From: the human T2T-CHM13v2.0 reference genome, Homo sapiens
Assembly (NCBI RefSeq): GCF_009914755.1
Contig: NC_060934.1
Direction: 5' to 3' (one strand)
Length of the DNA stretch: 64,000 bases
Shown: piece by piece, positions 33,101-46,044 of the stretch
Numbering within the stretch: position 1 is the first letter of the stretch
Layout of the letters: each line of letters opens with the position of its first letter
The notes under the pieces: model-generated
What the model was told of the DNA's origin: nothing
Database searches by the model: none
The model's input: only the letters and a program-made list of their open reading frames with translations
Position numbers and translations under genes: made by a program

Positions 33101-36100
33101 ATAAAGAAATGAGAATTAATTGGCTGATGGCTCCACAGGCTGTATAGGAAGCATGTCTAGGGAGGCCTAAGGAAACTTTCAATCATAGCAGAAGGAAAAG
33201 CAAGCACATCTTACCTGGATGAAGCAGGAAGAAAAGAGAGAATGGGGAGGTGCTACACACTTTTAAACAACTTGATCTCATGAGAACTCTCTCACTATCA
33301 CTAGAACAACAAGGGAGAAATCCACCCCCATGATCCAATCACCTCCCATCAGGACCCTCCCCCAACATTGGAAATTACAATTTGACATGAGATTTGGGTG
33401 GGGACACAAATCTAAAACATATCACATACACCTACCAAGATTGAACCAGAAAGAAGTCCAAAGCCTGAACAGACCAATAACAAGTAACAAGATCAATGCC
33501 ATAATAAAAAGTCTCCTGGTAAAGAAAATCCCAGGAACCAATGGCTCACTGTTGAATTTTACCAAACATTAAATTGATTGAGTACCAATTCTACTCAAAC
33601 TGTTCCTGAAAATAGAAGAGGAGGGAATACTCCCAAATGCATTCTACCTGGCTGGTATCAGCCTGATGCCAAAAACAAAAAAAGACACAGTAAAAAAAAA
33701 TAAAAAGAAAACTGTAGGCTGATATCTCTGATGAATGTTGATGCAAAAAATCCTCAAAATGCTAGCAAACTGAATTCAACAATACATTAAATATATCATT
33801 TATCATGACCAAGTGGGATTTATCCCTAGCATATAAGAATGGTTCAACATATACAAATCAATCAATATGATACATCATATCAACAGAATGAAGGCTAAAA
33901 GCCATATGATCATTTAAGTTGATGCTGAAAAAGCATTTGATAAAATTCAACATTTTCAGGATAAAAATCCTTAAAAAACTGGGGATAGAAGAAACTTACC
34001 TCAACATAATAAAAGCCATATGCCACATATTCTTAGCTAGTATCATGCTGAATGGTGAAAAACTAAAAGCCTTTCCTCTAAGACCTGGAACATGACAATG
34101 ATGCCCACTGTCAACACTGTTATTCCACGTAGTACTGGAGGTCCTAGCTAGAGCAGTAAGACAAGAGAAAGATATAAAGAACATCCACATTGGAAAGAAA
34201 GAAGTCAAATCATCCTTGTGTGTGGATAATATGATCTTATATTTGGAAAAACCTAAAGACTACACAGGAAAACTATTAGAACTGATCAACAAATTCAGTA
34301 AAGTTGCAGGATACAAAATCAACAACAAAAATCAGTAGCATTTCTATATGTCAAAAGTGAATAATCAGAAAAGGAAATCAAAAAGTAATCTCACAACAGC
34401 CACACATAAAATTAAATGCCTAGGAATTAACTTCACCAAAGAAGTGAAAGATCTCTGTAATGATAACTATAACACACTGATAGAGGAAAATGAAGAAGAT
34501 ACCAAAAAATGGAAAAATATTCCATGTTTATGGATTGGAAGAATCAATAGTGTTAAAAATGTTTGTACTACTCAAAGCAAACCATAGATTTGATGCAATC
34601 CCTATAAAGTGACATTCTTCAAAGAAATATAAAAAAGTATCCTAAAATTTATATGGAACCACAAAAGACCCAGAATAGCCAAAGGTATCCTAAGCAAAAA
34701 GACCAAAACTGGAATAATTACATTACCTGACTTCAAATTACACTACAGAGGTATAGTAACCAAAACACCATGGTTCTGGCATAAAAGCAGACATATAGAC
34801 CAATGGAACAGAATAGAGAACCCAGGAGATCTAGAACAAGACAATGATACCCACTTTCACCACTTTAATCTACGTAACACTGGAAGTCCTATCCAAAGAA
34901 ATTAGACAAGACAAAAAATAAAGGGCATCCAAACTGGAAAGGAAGAAATCAAATTAGCCTTGTTTGCAGATAACATAATCGTATACTTAGAAAAAGCTAA
35001 AGACTCCACCAAAACTTATACATTATACATTAATTCAGTAAGGTTATAAGATCTAAAATCAACATGAAAAAGTCAGTAGCATTTATATATGACAAGAGTG
35101 AACAATCTGAAAAAAAATCAAGATATTAATCCCATTTGCAATAGTTACAAAGTCTATAAAGTATCTAGGAATCAATTTAGCCAAAAAAGTAAATAACTAT
35201 AAAACAGTATTAAAAGAAATTAAAGAGGACACAAAATAATGAAAACATATTCCGTACTTATGGATTGGAAGAATTAATATTGTTAAAATAACAATACTCT
35301 CTGAAACAATTTACAGATTCAATGCAATCCGTATTAAAATACCAATCACATTCTTCTAAAAAACAGACCAAAAAATCCCAGAATTTATATAAAACTACAA
35401 AAGGCCCTGAATAGCTAAAGCAATCCTGAACAAAAGAACAAAACTGAAGGTATCACACTACCTAACTTCAAATATACTACAAAGCTATAGTAATCAAATC
35501 AGCATGATACTGGCATAAAAACAGAGACATAGACCAACGGGACAGACTAGAGAATACAAATATAAATCCACACATTTCCAGCCAACTCATTTTTGACAAA
35601 GTCATCAAGTGAGAAATGAAAGTCTCTTCAACATATGGTGCTGGTAAAACCAGATAACCATATGCAGAAGAATGAAATTAGACCTCTATCTCCAACCATA
35701 TGCAAAAATCAAATCAAAATGGATTAAAGACTCAGATGTGAGACCTGAAACTATGAAACACCTATAGTAAAACGTTAGAGAAAAGCTCTAGAAAATTGGT
35801 CTGGGCAAATACGTTTTGGGTAAGACTTCTAAAATACAGGCAATCAAAGCAAAAATAAACACATGGGATTAAATCAAGTTAAAAACCTTCTGCACAGCAA
35901 AGAAAACGAGCAGAAAAGTAAAGGGACAGCCCATAGAATGGAAGGAAATATTTGCAAACTATTCATCTCATAAGAGATTAATAATTAGAATATTTAAGGA
36001 GCTTAAATAACTCAATAGCAAAAAAATAATAATTTTAAAATGACAAAAAGGTCTGAATAAACATTTCTCAAAAGACATACAAATGCACAACAAATACATG

Positions 36101-37040
36101 GAAAAATGCACATCACACACAATGTCACTAATCATGAGAAACATGCAAATCAAAACCACAAGGAGCTATTTTATGCCAGTTAGAGTGGCTATCATCAACG
36201 AGACCAAAAAAAAAAAAACAACAAATTCTGCATAGGATACAGAGAAAAGGAAACTCTCACACACTGTTGATGAGAATGTGAATTAGTATAGTTATTAAAA
36301 AAAAACAGTATGGAGGTTTCTCAAGTGACTAAAAATAGAACTACCTACCATAAGATTCAGTAATACTATTACTGGGTATGTATCCAAAGGAAAGAAAATC
36401 AGTATATTGAAGAGACACTCACACACTCATGTTTCTTGCAGCTGTGTTTACAATAGCTAAGATACAAACTCAACATAAATGTCCATCAACAAATGAATGG
36501 ATAAAAAATGTGGTGTATATATAAACAATGGAATACTATTCATCCATTTAAAAATGAAATCCTGTCATTTATGGCAACATGGATGAGCCTGGGGGACGTT
36601 ATGTTATGTGAAATAATTCAGGCACAGAAAGATAAATACTGCATGTTCTCACTCCTGTGGAAACTAAAAAAAAAAAAAATGAGTTCATAGAAGTAGAAAG
36701 TAGAATCATAATTATGAGAGGGTAGGGAGGGTAGCCAGGAGAGGAGAGAGAGAGTTTAGTTAATGGATACCAAGTTACACCTCGATGAAATTAGTTCTCG
36801 TGTTCTGTAGCCCTGTAGAATGAATATAGTTAATAGTAATTTACTGTACACTTCCGAAGAGCTAGAAGAGAGGATTTTGAATGTTTACAACATTAAAGAA
36901 TAATAAATATCCAAGATGATTGACATGATAGTTACCCTGATTTGATCATTACATATTATATACATGTATTGAAATATCACTTTGTATCCCTTGAACATGT
37001 ACAGTTATTACATATCAACTAAAAACAAAAGGAAAAAAAT
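30141..37040 (+). mobile_element. Near-full-length but chimeric L1MA (approx. L1MA4/5): 5' UTR, ORF1, ORF2, 3' UTR
   Basis: 5' end ggttccaaaattgtggtgtaga..aagctggcttc; ORF1 (RTPNRFNPNKAIPRHIIIKFSKVKDKEKVLK); ORF2 remnants; 3' end ..catatcaactaaaaacaaaaggaaaaaaa. Confidence 0.92.
33047..33424 (-). mobile_element. MSTA-type MaLR solo LTR inserted in L1 ORF2
   Basis: tgtattagtccattctcacactgctataaagaaata..caggctgtataggaagcatg..gagatttgggtggggacaca..atatca; L1 resumes on both sides. Confidence 0.92.
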
Positions 37041-37044
37041 AACC

Positions 37045-38780
37045 AATTAAAGAACCACAAGATGAAATAAGTATCAATGAAGAAGAAACTAATTACAATA
37101 ATAGCTGAAACTAATAGAAAACAACGAATAGAAAGGATAAAGAAAGACAAATAACTATGCAATCTGGTTCTTTAGAGAAAAAAAATAGGTAAACTTTTTC
37201 AGCAGGATCATGAACAAGACAAAACAACAGAGCAAAAATAGAGCAATATTAGAGTTGAGAGAAATAGAAGCACAGATGCAGGAGCAATTAAAAGAATTAC
37301 AAGAGAATGCTGCATGAAAATGTAAGGAAACACATTTGAAATGCTGTAAAAATTAATGCCTTCCCTGAAAAACACAATTTTTTTAAAGTAACCTAAAAGA
37401 AATGGAAAACTCAAATACACCAATCACCATAAAATTTGGAAAAGCAACTAAAAGTCCACCATTCAAAAAGGCATCACGACCAAATAGGGTCATCACCATG
37501 TTTGACCCATCTTTCAAAGAACAGAAGATTAATTTAATCTATTTCTTTCCAAGGAAGAAGTGGAAAATGCCTTCAGTTAACTTTTGAAAGATAAAATCAT
37601 TCTAATACAAACTTGATAAAAATGATTCTAATATTACCAAAAAAATCTTCCTATAGAAAGAAAAAGAAATCCTTTTCCTAGATTTAAGCAGCATAAGAAC
37701 AGGAATGTTTATGATTCAATACCATATCCTTAGCACCCACGTTAGTACATGACATAAAGCAGGTACTCAACAAACATCTTTTGAATTAGTAATAGGTCAG
37801 TTCTCCTCATAAATATAGATGCCAAAACTAAAAATAAATTTTAGCAAATAGAATCTGACAACACATCGAAATATTTATATCATGTCAACTGATGCTGAAA
37901 AGACACTCAATCTCCTGTCATATAGTAATTTAATTAAAATTAGATAGTTGAATTACTCTGTTCTCATGCTGCTAATAAATACCCAAGACTGGGTAATTTA
38001 TAAAGAAAAGAGGTTCAACTGACTCACAGTTCTGCATGGCTGGGGAGGCCTCAGGGAACTTACAATCAAAGCAGAAGGCGAAGCAAAAGCAGGCACCTTG
38101 TTCACAAGGCAGCAGGAGAGAGACTGCCAGCAGGGGAAATGCCAGAAGCTTATAAAACCGTCAGATCTCGTGACAACTCACTCACTATCAGCATGAGGGA
38201 AACCACCCCCATGATTCAATTACCTCCACCTGGTTCCTCCCTTAACACCTGGGGATTATCGGGATTACATTTCAAGATGAGATTTGGGTGGGAACGCAAA
38301 ACCTAACCAAATCAATATTACAGGTATAATAATATGCAGTACCAACATTTTTTATTACCATGGAGGCTCTAGCAGTTCTGTTAGATCACAAACAAATAAA
38401 ATAATTAATATAAACATTGAAAAAGAAAAAAAGTACTATGTTATTCCTGACATATGCTAATAGAAATCACTGACGGATAAAAGTCAAAATTCACTAAAGT
38501 GGATATAATATCTCATTTTCCAAAAACAAAAAAAAAAAATGTAAGGTAGATAGACAGATAGATACTTAAGCATGGAAAGATATATACAAGGCATCATTTT
38601 AGATTACCATGTGGCAGAGAACCGAGTCAATGGAGAACAACAGGAAGGAGAAGCCAGGCAAAATTCAAATGCAAAAAATCACACCCACACACATTTTTGT
38701 AAGATTATGTATATATGCACATATAAAAACATGTAGGTAAGGAAATTTTGAAATAATTTTAATCTTATTAATAAAATTGT
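37045..38780 (+). mobile_element. Very old L1 (L1ME-like) ORF2 fragments
   Basis: Degenerate ORF2 motifs (tctggttctttagagaaaa; cacagatgcaggagcaattaaaag; aaatatagatgccaaaa; gatgctgaaaagaca). Confidence 0.65.
37949..38314 (-). mobile_element. THE1 (THE1D-like) MaLR solo LTR
   Basis: gttctcatgctgctaataaa..acccaagactgggtaatttataaag..catggctggggaggcctcag..gagatttgggtggg. Confidence 0.9.
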
Positions 38781-40169
38781 TTTTAAAGGTTTATTTTCAA
38801 AGACTTGTGTTGCTCCAGGGGAAAATATAGAATGAAATAATTAATAGGTCATCCTTGCTGACTCCAGCTCCAGATGGAGAGAGGCAGGTTGAGAGCATGA
38901 GAAGCATGAGCTCCAACATTACCTTTTTCCAGGGCACTGACTCTAGTGCCCCTGGCCTACTTAGCTACACAGTCTTTCTCTGTAAATCTCTATACGGAGT
39001 GCACTCCAACTTTCTGGTGATTTATTAGTCACAGGAGAGAATTAGCAGACCAAATACAGGTGTGCGCTGCTTGATTAATTACATCTCTCCACCAATGGGC
39101 CCCATCAGAGAGCTGGTTTCACTCCATTAAGTTGTTGCTCAGTCAAATAACTGTATTATTCCAATATCTAATTGTTTACTTTCTGTAAACTGATTCTAAT
39201 CCCACCCTGGCATAGTTATGAAACTAGAAGTAAGTGTCGTTCTAAAGCAGCATCCCTCCAGCCCCATTCATTTGACCATGGTATTCATAAAAAGGAAAGC
39301 TCATTGAACACATGTGGTTAAGTACTCATGAGCTACAATCTTTGGTTGAATTAATGTAGTCAGAAAAAAAGTAAATCACTCAGATGTTTCAAATGATGCT
39401 AGAAATGCTCAGCTTTCCCTTATAAAATAACAGAAACTGTTAGAGAATTTAAATAATCTTAATAAGATCAAAATGATATATTTAATCTTATATTTTTGTT
39501 TTAAATTTGGGTTATAAAATATTTTAATGTAAGAAGTGAATTTTATTATTTATCACATATCCTCTGACTATTAAGTATATTTCTGATTCTGGTGCAGTAC
39601 CAAGATTATTCTTACATTTTGTTTTTACTACGACATCATTTTTCAAATCCTAGTTCTCACAAGTCCATGGGGGCAAAAGCTAGAAGCATATAGATTTTAC
39701 ATCTTGAGATATTTTGATATTCTTAAATTGGATTAAACAAAAATTATTATTTCATTGTGGATAACAACCTTTTTCTTTTTAAAGAAACTAAATTGATTGT
39801 TCATCTTCAATTTTGTAATAATCATTCTTTGTGAAGTTTTTTACTAGCTATAGCTTTGAAAACCAGGAAAGTAGCTTTTTTTATTAAAACCATTTAAGCC
39901 ATAGCTAGATTCGTGAGAAACTAATTTGCTTAATTAAAATATTTAATAATTAACAGTCAATAGTGCAGTAGCATTCAACACCCTCCTGAGGTCAGGACAG
40001 ATGTATATGTAAAGTTTAGAGAGAAGCTGAGTGGGCCTGGAACCATTTGTTGGCAACTACATGGTACTGCAGAATCAAACCCAGGTGACAGGACACAATT
40101 TGTCACTATAAAGCTGAATTTCTTTCTAAAGATCATATATCTATTCTGTACTAAAAAGTTTAATTTATC

Positions 40170-40468
40170 GACCAGGCGCAGTGGTTCACACCTGTAATAC
40201 CAGCACTTTGGGAGGCCAAAGCGGGTGGATCGCTTGAGGCCAGGAGTTCAAGACCAGCCTAGCCAACATGGCGAAACCCCTTCTCTACTATAAACACAAA
40301 AATTAGCTGGGCATGGTGGTGCACACCTGTAGTCCCAGCTACAGCCCAACCCTCGGGAGGCTAAGGCAGGAGAATTGCTTGAACCTAGGAGTTGAAAGTT
40401 GCAGTGAGACTAGATCGTGCCACTGCACTCCAGCCTGGGTGACAGAGCAAGATTCTGTCTCAAAAAAC
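40170..40468 (+). mobile_element. Alu (AluS/J) with a ~10-nt insertion at ~40342
   Basis: Full dimer; TSD AAAGTTTAATTTATC/AAAGTTTAATGTATC. Confidence 0.96.
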
Positions 40469-43275
40469 AAAGTTTAATGTATCCTGTTAATACTAATTTG
40501 GCCCAATTCTTTACAAAATAATACGTAGGACATTTTATGATCAAAATATATTTGTTGTCTCCCTTCCTCATATTAACAAGCAGTAAATAGTTGCATCATT
40601 GAAATCACTTTTTTCTTGTCCCCAAATTTGTCCTTTGTCCACCAAAAAAGGACACTGCTAGACACTTCAGTCCATCCTGACACAACACATTATTAATAAC
40701 TTGATAAACATGTGGCTTTCCCCCACTAGATTATAAACTCTGTGAAGTCAGAATGCTTGTCTATCTGGATCACCAATCCCATTGTATCATGAGCCTTGTG
40801 TAGTTCTTGGAACATAGTAGGAAGTCAATATTTGTGGAAACAAAAAGAGGAGGGAAGGGAAAAGGAAATCAGGAAGCAAACAGGCATATATTAATGAACA
40901 GTCACTCACTAGACAATAAATGGTTGTATTATTAATGATTCCACTGATGTCACTACTCACATTTTATGGACAGTTATAAGCCATTTGCTTGCATTTGCGA
41001 AGACTGCATTAGCCTTTCAGACATTTTGATGCATCCTAGCCACATATGATCTTATTTCCAAGTTAACACCTCTGAAAGAAACTTATTGTGGTTTCTGTTT
41101 TATTTCTAAACTAAATATAGGGTACCCACATTTTTAAAGCAAAACGACAACAACAAAAATTTTTCTGAAGATATCTGAACCAAGAACATCAAGTTCTGTT
41201 ATGAGGATATGGGTTTTCCATTAAATGGCAAATGCCTTGTTTCACAGAGTTAAGCAAAATAATATCTTTTTTAAAACTTATGTTTAAGTGTAGGGCACTG
41301 AAAGTCCAATTCAGAAATGTTGCTGCTATGGAAAGAGCACCTTCATTCAGTTGTAAAGAAGCCAATTTTCATCCACTTTACATTTTTCACTCTCAGTCTT
41401 TTATTCTTTTGAGCTAAGAAAATAAGCAATGACACTCTGTTAGCTTCTAAAGTTTCTACTATGGTCTGCATAATTATCTCAAGAATACCATTGTATTTTA
41501 GCACATTTTCAAAAAGTTATTGTACTCAAAAATGTGCCTATTTGTCAACATCCTCTTGCCTCTGTATAGCAAGATGAATTTTCTTTTCTTCTACTGGTTC
41601 TTACCTGGAACTCTTCCCCAGTATTTGAAATCATTTTAAACTGACAAAATAATTATCTATCTCTGTTGGTTTTATCCAAGAATGGACTATATGTCATGAC
41701 TGTCAGAACTTTTCTATCTCTCTTATATGGCAGATATCACTAATTCATTATGGCAAATCTACAGCCAAGATTTGATATATAGAATTTTTATTAACATAGG
41801 CATTCTGACAGTCACCTGCAATTAGAGTGTTTATGTGAGATAAAACTTTTTTGCCATCGCTGGTCTAGAAACTACCTGAAAGCATTTAGGGCAATTAAAT
41901 ATCTTGAGATCCATTCCAGTTTTATTATTTATTTCATCTACAAATCAGCTTACTCCCAAGGATTTAGGAGAGACAAATCAAACAATCTTCCATACACCAG
42001 AATAATAAAATGTAGACACTCTTTGTGCTGATGTCAACGATCAAGGAAGAGAGTAGTGACTAGGTACACATTTAAGCGGTAGGAATTGTGTGTCCTAGAA
42101 AAAGACAGTAAACCTCATTTATCTTCTCTAAAATTGGAATCAAAACCCATGATCTGAGTTACAGTACCGTACCCCAAAACCTTTTAGTGGTCAAGATTGC
42201 AATGGTCCCTTTAGATCTTGCATAATTTTTTAAGAAAGTACATGAGATGTAGGTAATATGTATGTTAGAAATGTGGAAATAAACTTGGTCTTAGGCAAAG
42301 GGGAATAGAAAGAAGATCCTAAGAAAAGAAGAGCTTAGATCTAACCCTGCCTGTCCACATTGGCAGAACGTGGGAAAGGAAAGAAAGAAAGAAAGCTGCT
42401 GCAGGATGGAGGAGCCAGGAGTGGGAGCAAACCTGCTTCCACATCTTGTTTATATTTAGGAGCCATTGTGTTCCCACTAGCGAGTGGAGTGGTGGGCAGT
42501 GGCGACAAGTTATATCCACCACAGTGAAATCCAACACACTGGGTATTAACCTTTGAAATCTTGGGAAGTTCATCTGATTCTGTTATAGATATGGGCTGGA
42601 GCAACAGAACGAAGTCACCTCAGGTACCAACAATCCAGTACCAACAAGAGTCATCCCAATGTCAAGAAAAATCTCAAAAGTGAATCTTGGCTACAAAATA
42701 TTTGAATCTGTGACTCTAGAACTATATCTGTTGTATCTTTTCTAGGTTTTCCCCTTTACATTCTTTCACTTCATTTATTGGAGACAACAAAAAAAATAGT
42801 GTCATGAGAGGGATGTTGGCAGTGGCAATGTTCCTTGAGCTCATGTTGGAGAGAAGGACTGGCAGAGAGACCTTGTGAAGCACTAACACCCCCTCCAGGA
42901 CATGTTCACAGGATACCCACCAGACCGGATGACAACCAAAGGACCCACTTAGAAGATTTTAATGTGGACAGGAGTGATGACAAATTCCCCTTTAAAAAGA
43001 CTTGAAAGAGAATCAACTTTTGATGGCTCCCAAAAGCAGCTAAATATGAAACCTGCAACCTGCAACACAGCATGCCTCCACAGTGTCAAAGTTCCTTGCA
43101 TTTCCTAGGTCTATGCACTGCATATGTGTAAATTAATTTGAAGAGTGAAGCAAAAGCTTAATTCAGTCAAAAACACTTTTGTAAATTATATCTGAATAAA
43201 GTTTGTTGGCAGAGGGTGAAAGAAGGAATAATCTATTCAAAACCTGCTATATTTTACTATTAAAAGTGTGATGTC

Positions 43276-43724
<449 letters not shown>

Positions 43725-44756
43725 TCAGAGCCCGAACCCAATCAACAATCACATGCCCCCACCATTTTACTGTGCTGTGCAGAAGTGGTAAGAATACACC
43801 CTTGATTAGTATTTTAACAAGCAAGAATTTTACCAAGTTAATATGTTTATAATGAATACTCTCCATAAGATAGAGAAATATTATTTATTGTGCTTTAATG
43901 GAATATTTGAGTAAAAGAAAATAACTTTTATGTACATCTATTTTTTAAAAAATCCCAAAACATCCATGACCAAAACTATTATGAGCTCTAATTACTAATG
44001 TAAAGCACTTCGTTTCATATAGAGATGGTCTTCTTAACCCCGTAATTGTAGAAGGCTTCATTTCAGTGGTTCCACAATAATGGAGTAAGTTAGTCCTGGA
44101 CTGTTCATTTCACTTACCAGAACCTCATTGCAAGCATTCTTGTTATGTAGTGTAGTATGAGACAATGGTATCACTTGTAAAACTTTTTGTGAAACTGGGC
44201 ATCAAATGTATGAACTTTGTCTCCTATGAATGTCATTTGTTAGGGAATCAGTTGAGATTCACTATCTTTCCTACTCTTCTGGAGATAATTCAGTTTCCAT
44301 CCACCTCTGGCATAAGGTTAAGTATTGTTTAAAAAAAAAGTACTGCCCTGAAATCCACTTATCTAAATAGTTTCTTGTATAGGCTCCTAACTAATGTTAA
44401 AAGCATAATCTGATTTTCATAAATATGAGAATATGCTTCAGTATAAAATAATATTTGGTATTAACAGAAGGAATCTAGGGAGTTTATGTAGTTTCAAAAT
44501 CTTATTCATATTTTTCTACTTTGCCAAATATAGAACCAATGACCCAAATGAATTGGTATGCTCGGTGTTCCTTTCCCCAATTTCAAGCTCTTTTTCTTTT
44601 GGGGGGTCAGGGGAGAGAGTTTCACACGTAGGACACTGTCTTAGCTTCCTTTCAAATATCTGGTATCCCATCAGAGCAGTAGAAATCTAGAAACTGTTAC
44701 CATTATTCCCCTGGTCCATATGAAGGCACAATTGCAGGAGAGAAGAACTAAATGGT

Positions 44757-45288
44757 CTATATCAGTCAGAATTTTCAGAGATGCAAAACCACATATATAT
44801 GAATATATAGAAATTGAATATACACTTGGCCCTCGAACCATGTGGGAGTTAGGGATGCCAATACCATTGCACCATTGAAAATCAAGGTATAACTTTTGAC
44901 TTCCCAAAAACTTAACTACTGATAGCCTACTTTGACTGGAAGCCTTACTGATAACATAGTCAATTAACACATATTTTGTATGTTTTATGCATTACACACT
45001 ATATTCTTACAATAAAATAAGCTACAGAAAATACAATGTTACTGAGAAAATCATAAGAGAAAAATATATTTACTATTCATTAAGTGGAAGTAGATCCACG
45101 TAATGAATAGTAAAGGTCTTCATCCTCATGATCTTCATGACAAGAAGGCTGAGGAGGAGGAGCAGAGGAGGAAGTGTTGGTCTTGCTGTCTCAGGGGTGC
45201 CAGAGGGAGAAGAAAACCCGCATATAAGTAGACCCATGCAGTTCAAACCCACGTTGTTCAAGGATCAACTGTACACATCCATAACAGG

Positions 45289-45335
<47 letters not shown>

Positions 45336-45787
45336 TGTGTGCACTAATAGAATGGGCTGTCTTATTTTAAATAAATAAAGAGATTTGTATAAGAAATCAA
45401 CTCTTGAGATTGTTGTGGGCAGGCAAGCCCAAAATTCCTAAGGCAAACCAACAGGCTAGGAACTCAGGCAAGAACTGATGTTTCGGTCTTGAATCCAAAA
45501 TCTGTTGGGCAGGCCAGCAGGCTGGAAACTCAGGTAGGATGTCTATGTTATGGGCTTGAGGTAGAATTTCTTGTTTTCTCAGAAACCTCAGTTTCTGTTC
45601 TTAAGACCTTCAGCTGATTGGATAAAGCTCACACATATTATCGTCTGTTTTACTTAAAGTCAGCTATAACTGCAAATGTTAGTCATGTCTACAAAATGGC
45701 TTCGCAGCAACACCTAGACTAGTATTTGACCAGACAACTGTGCACCACAGCCTAGCCAAATTAATGCATGAAATTTGAACATCACAT
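44757..45787 (-). mobile_element. MLT2-family solo LTR interrupted by Tigger2a; contains (TG)n at ~45290-45341
   Basis: Same motifs as the LTR at 256-724 (caggctggaaactcag, gcaacacctagactagt, cctagccaa, catcaca). Confidence 0.8.
44823..45271. mobile_element. Tigger2a (MER28) DNA transposon
   Basis: TIRs cacttggccctcgaac and gttcaaggatcaactg, each flanked by TA; internal ataacttttgacttcccaaaaacttaactact. Confidence 0.9.
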
Positions 45788-45832
45788 AGTCCTATTAATT
45801 TCCCAAATCACTGAGCTTCCGGAAATTAATTC

Positions 45833-46044
45833 TTTTTTCATCGTTTTATTTATTTTTATTTCAATAGTTTTGGGGGTACAGTTAGTTTTTGGCTACATGG
45901 ATAAGTTATTTAGTGGTGATTTCTGAGACTTTGGTGCACGCATCACCCAAGCAGTGTACATTGTACCAAATGTGTCGTTTTTTATTCTTTACCTCCCCAA
46001 CCCCCAACCCTTCTCCCCAAGTTGCTAAAGTCCATTATATCATC
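45833..46044 (-). mobile_element. L1PB-type 3' end fragment
   Basis: ttcaatagttttgggggtacag..tacatggataagtt.tttagtggtgatttctgaga; same subfamily motifs as 59382-59818. Confidence 0.88.

Noticed and set aside
38929-38955. Hairpin CCAGGGCACT-loop-AGTGCCCCTGG as a structured RNA or terminator
   Set aside because: A short imperfect inverted repeat is expected by chance in 64 kb, and bacterial-type terminators are irrelevant here.
42341-42604. 87-aa minus-strand ORF as a microprotein
   Set aside because: Non-ATG start, no recognisable domain, and the C-terminus runs through a (TTTC)n tract; a length expected by chance.
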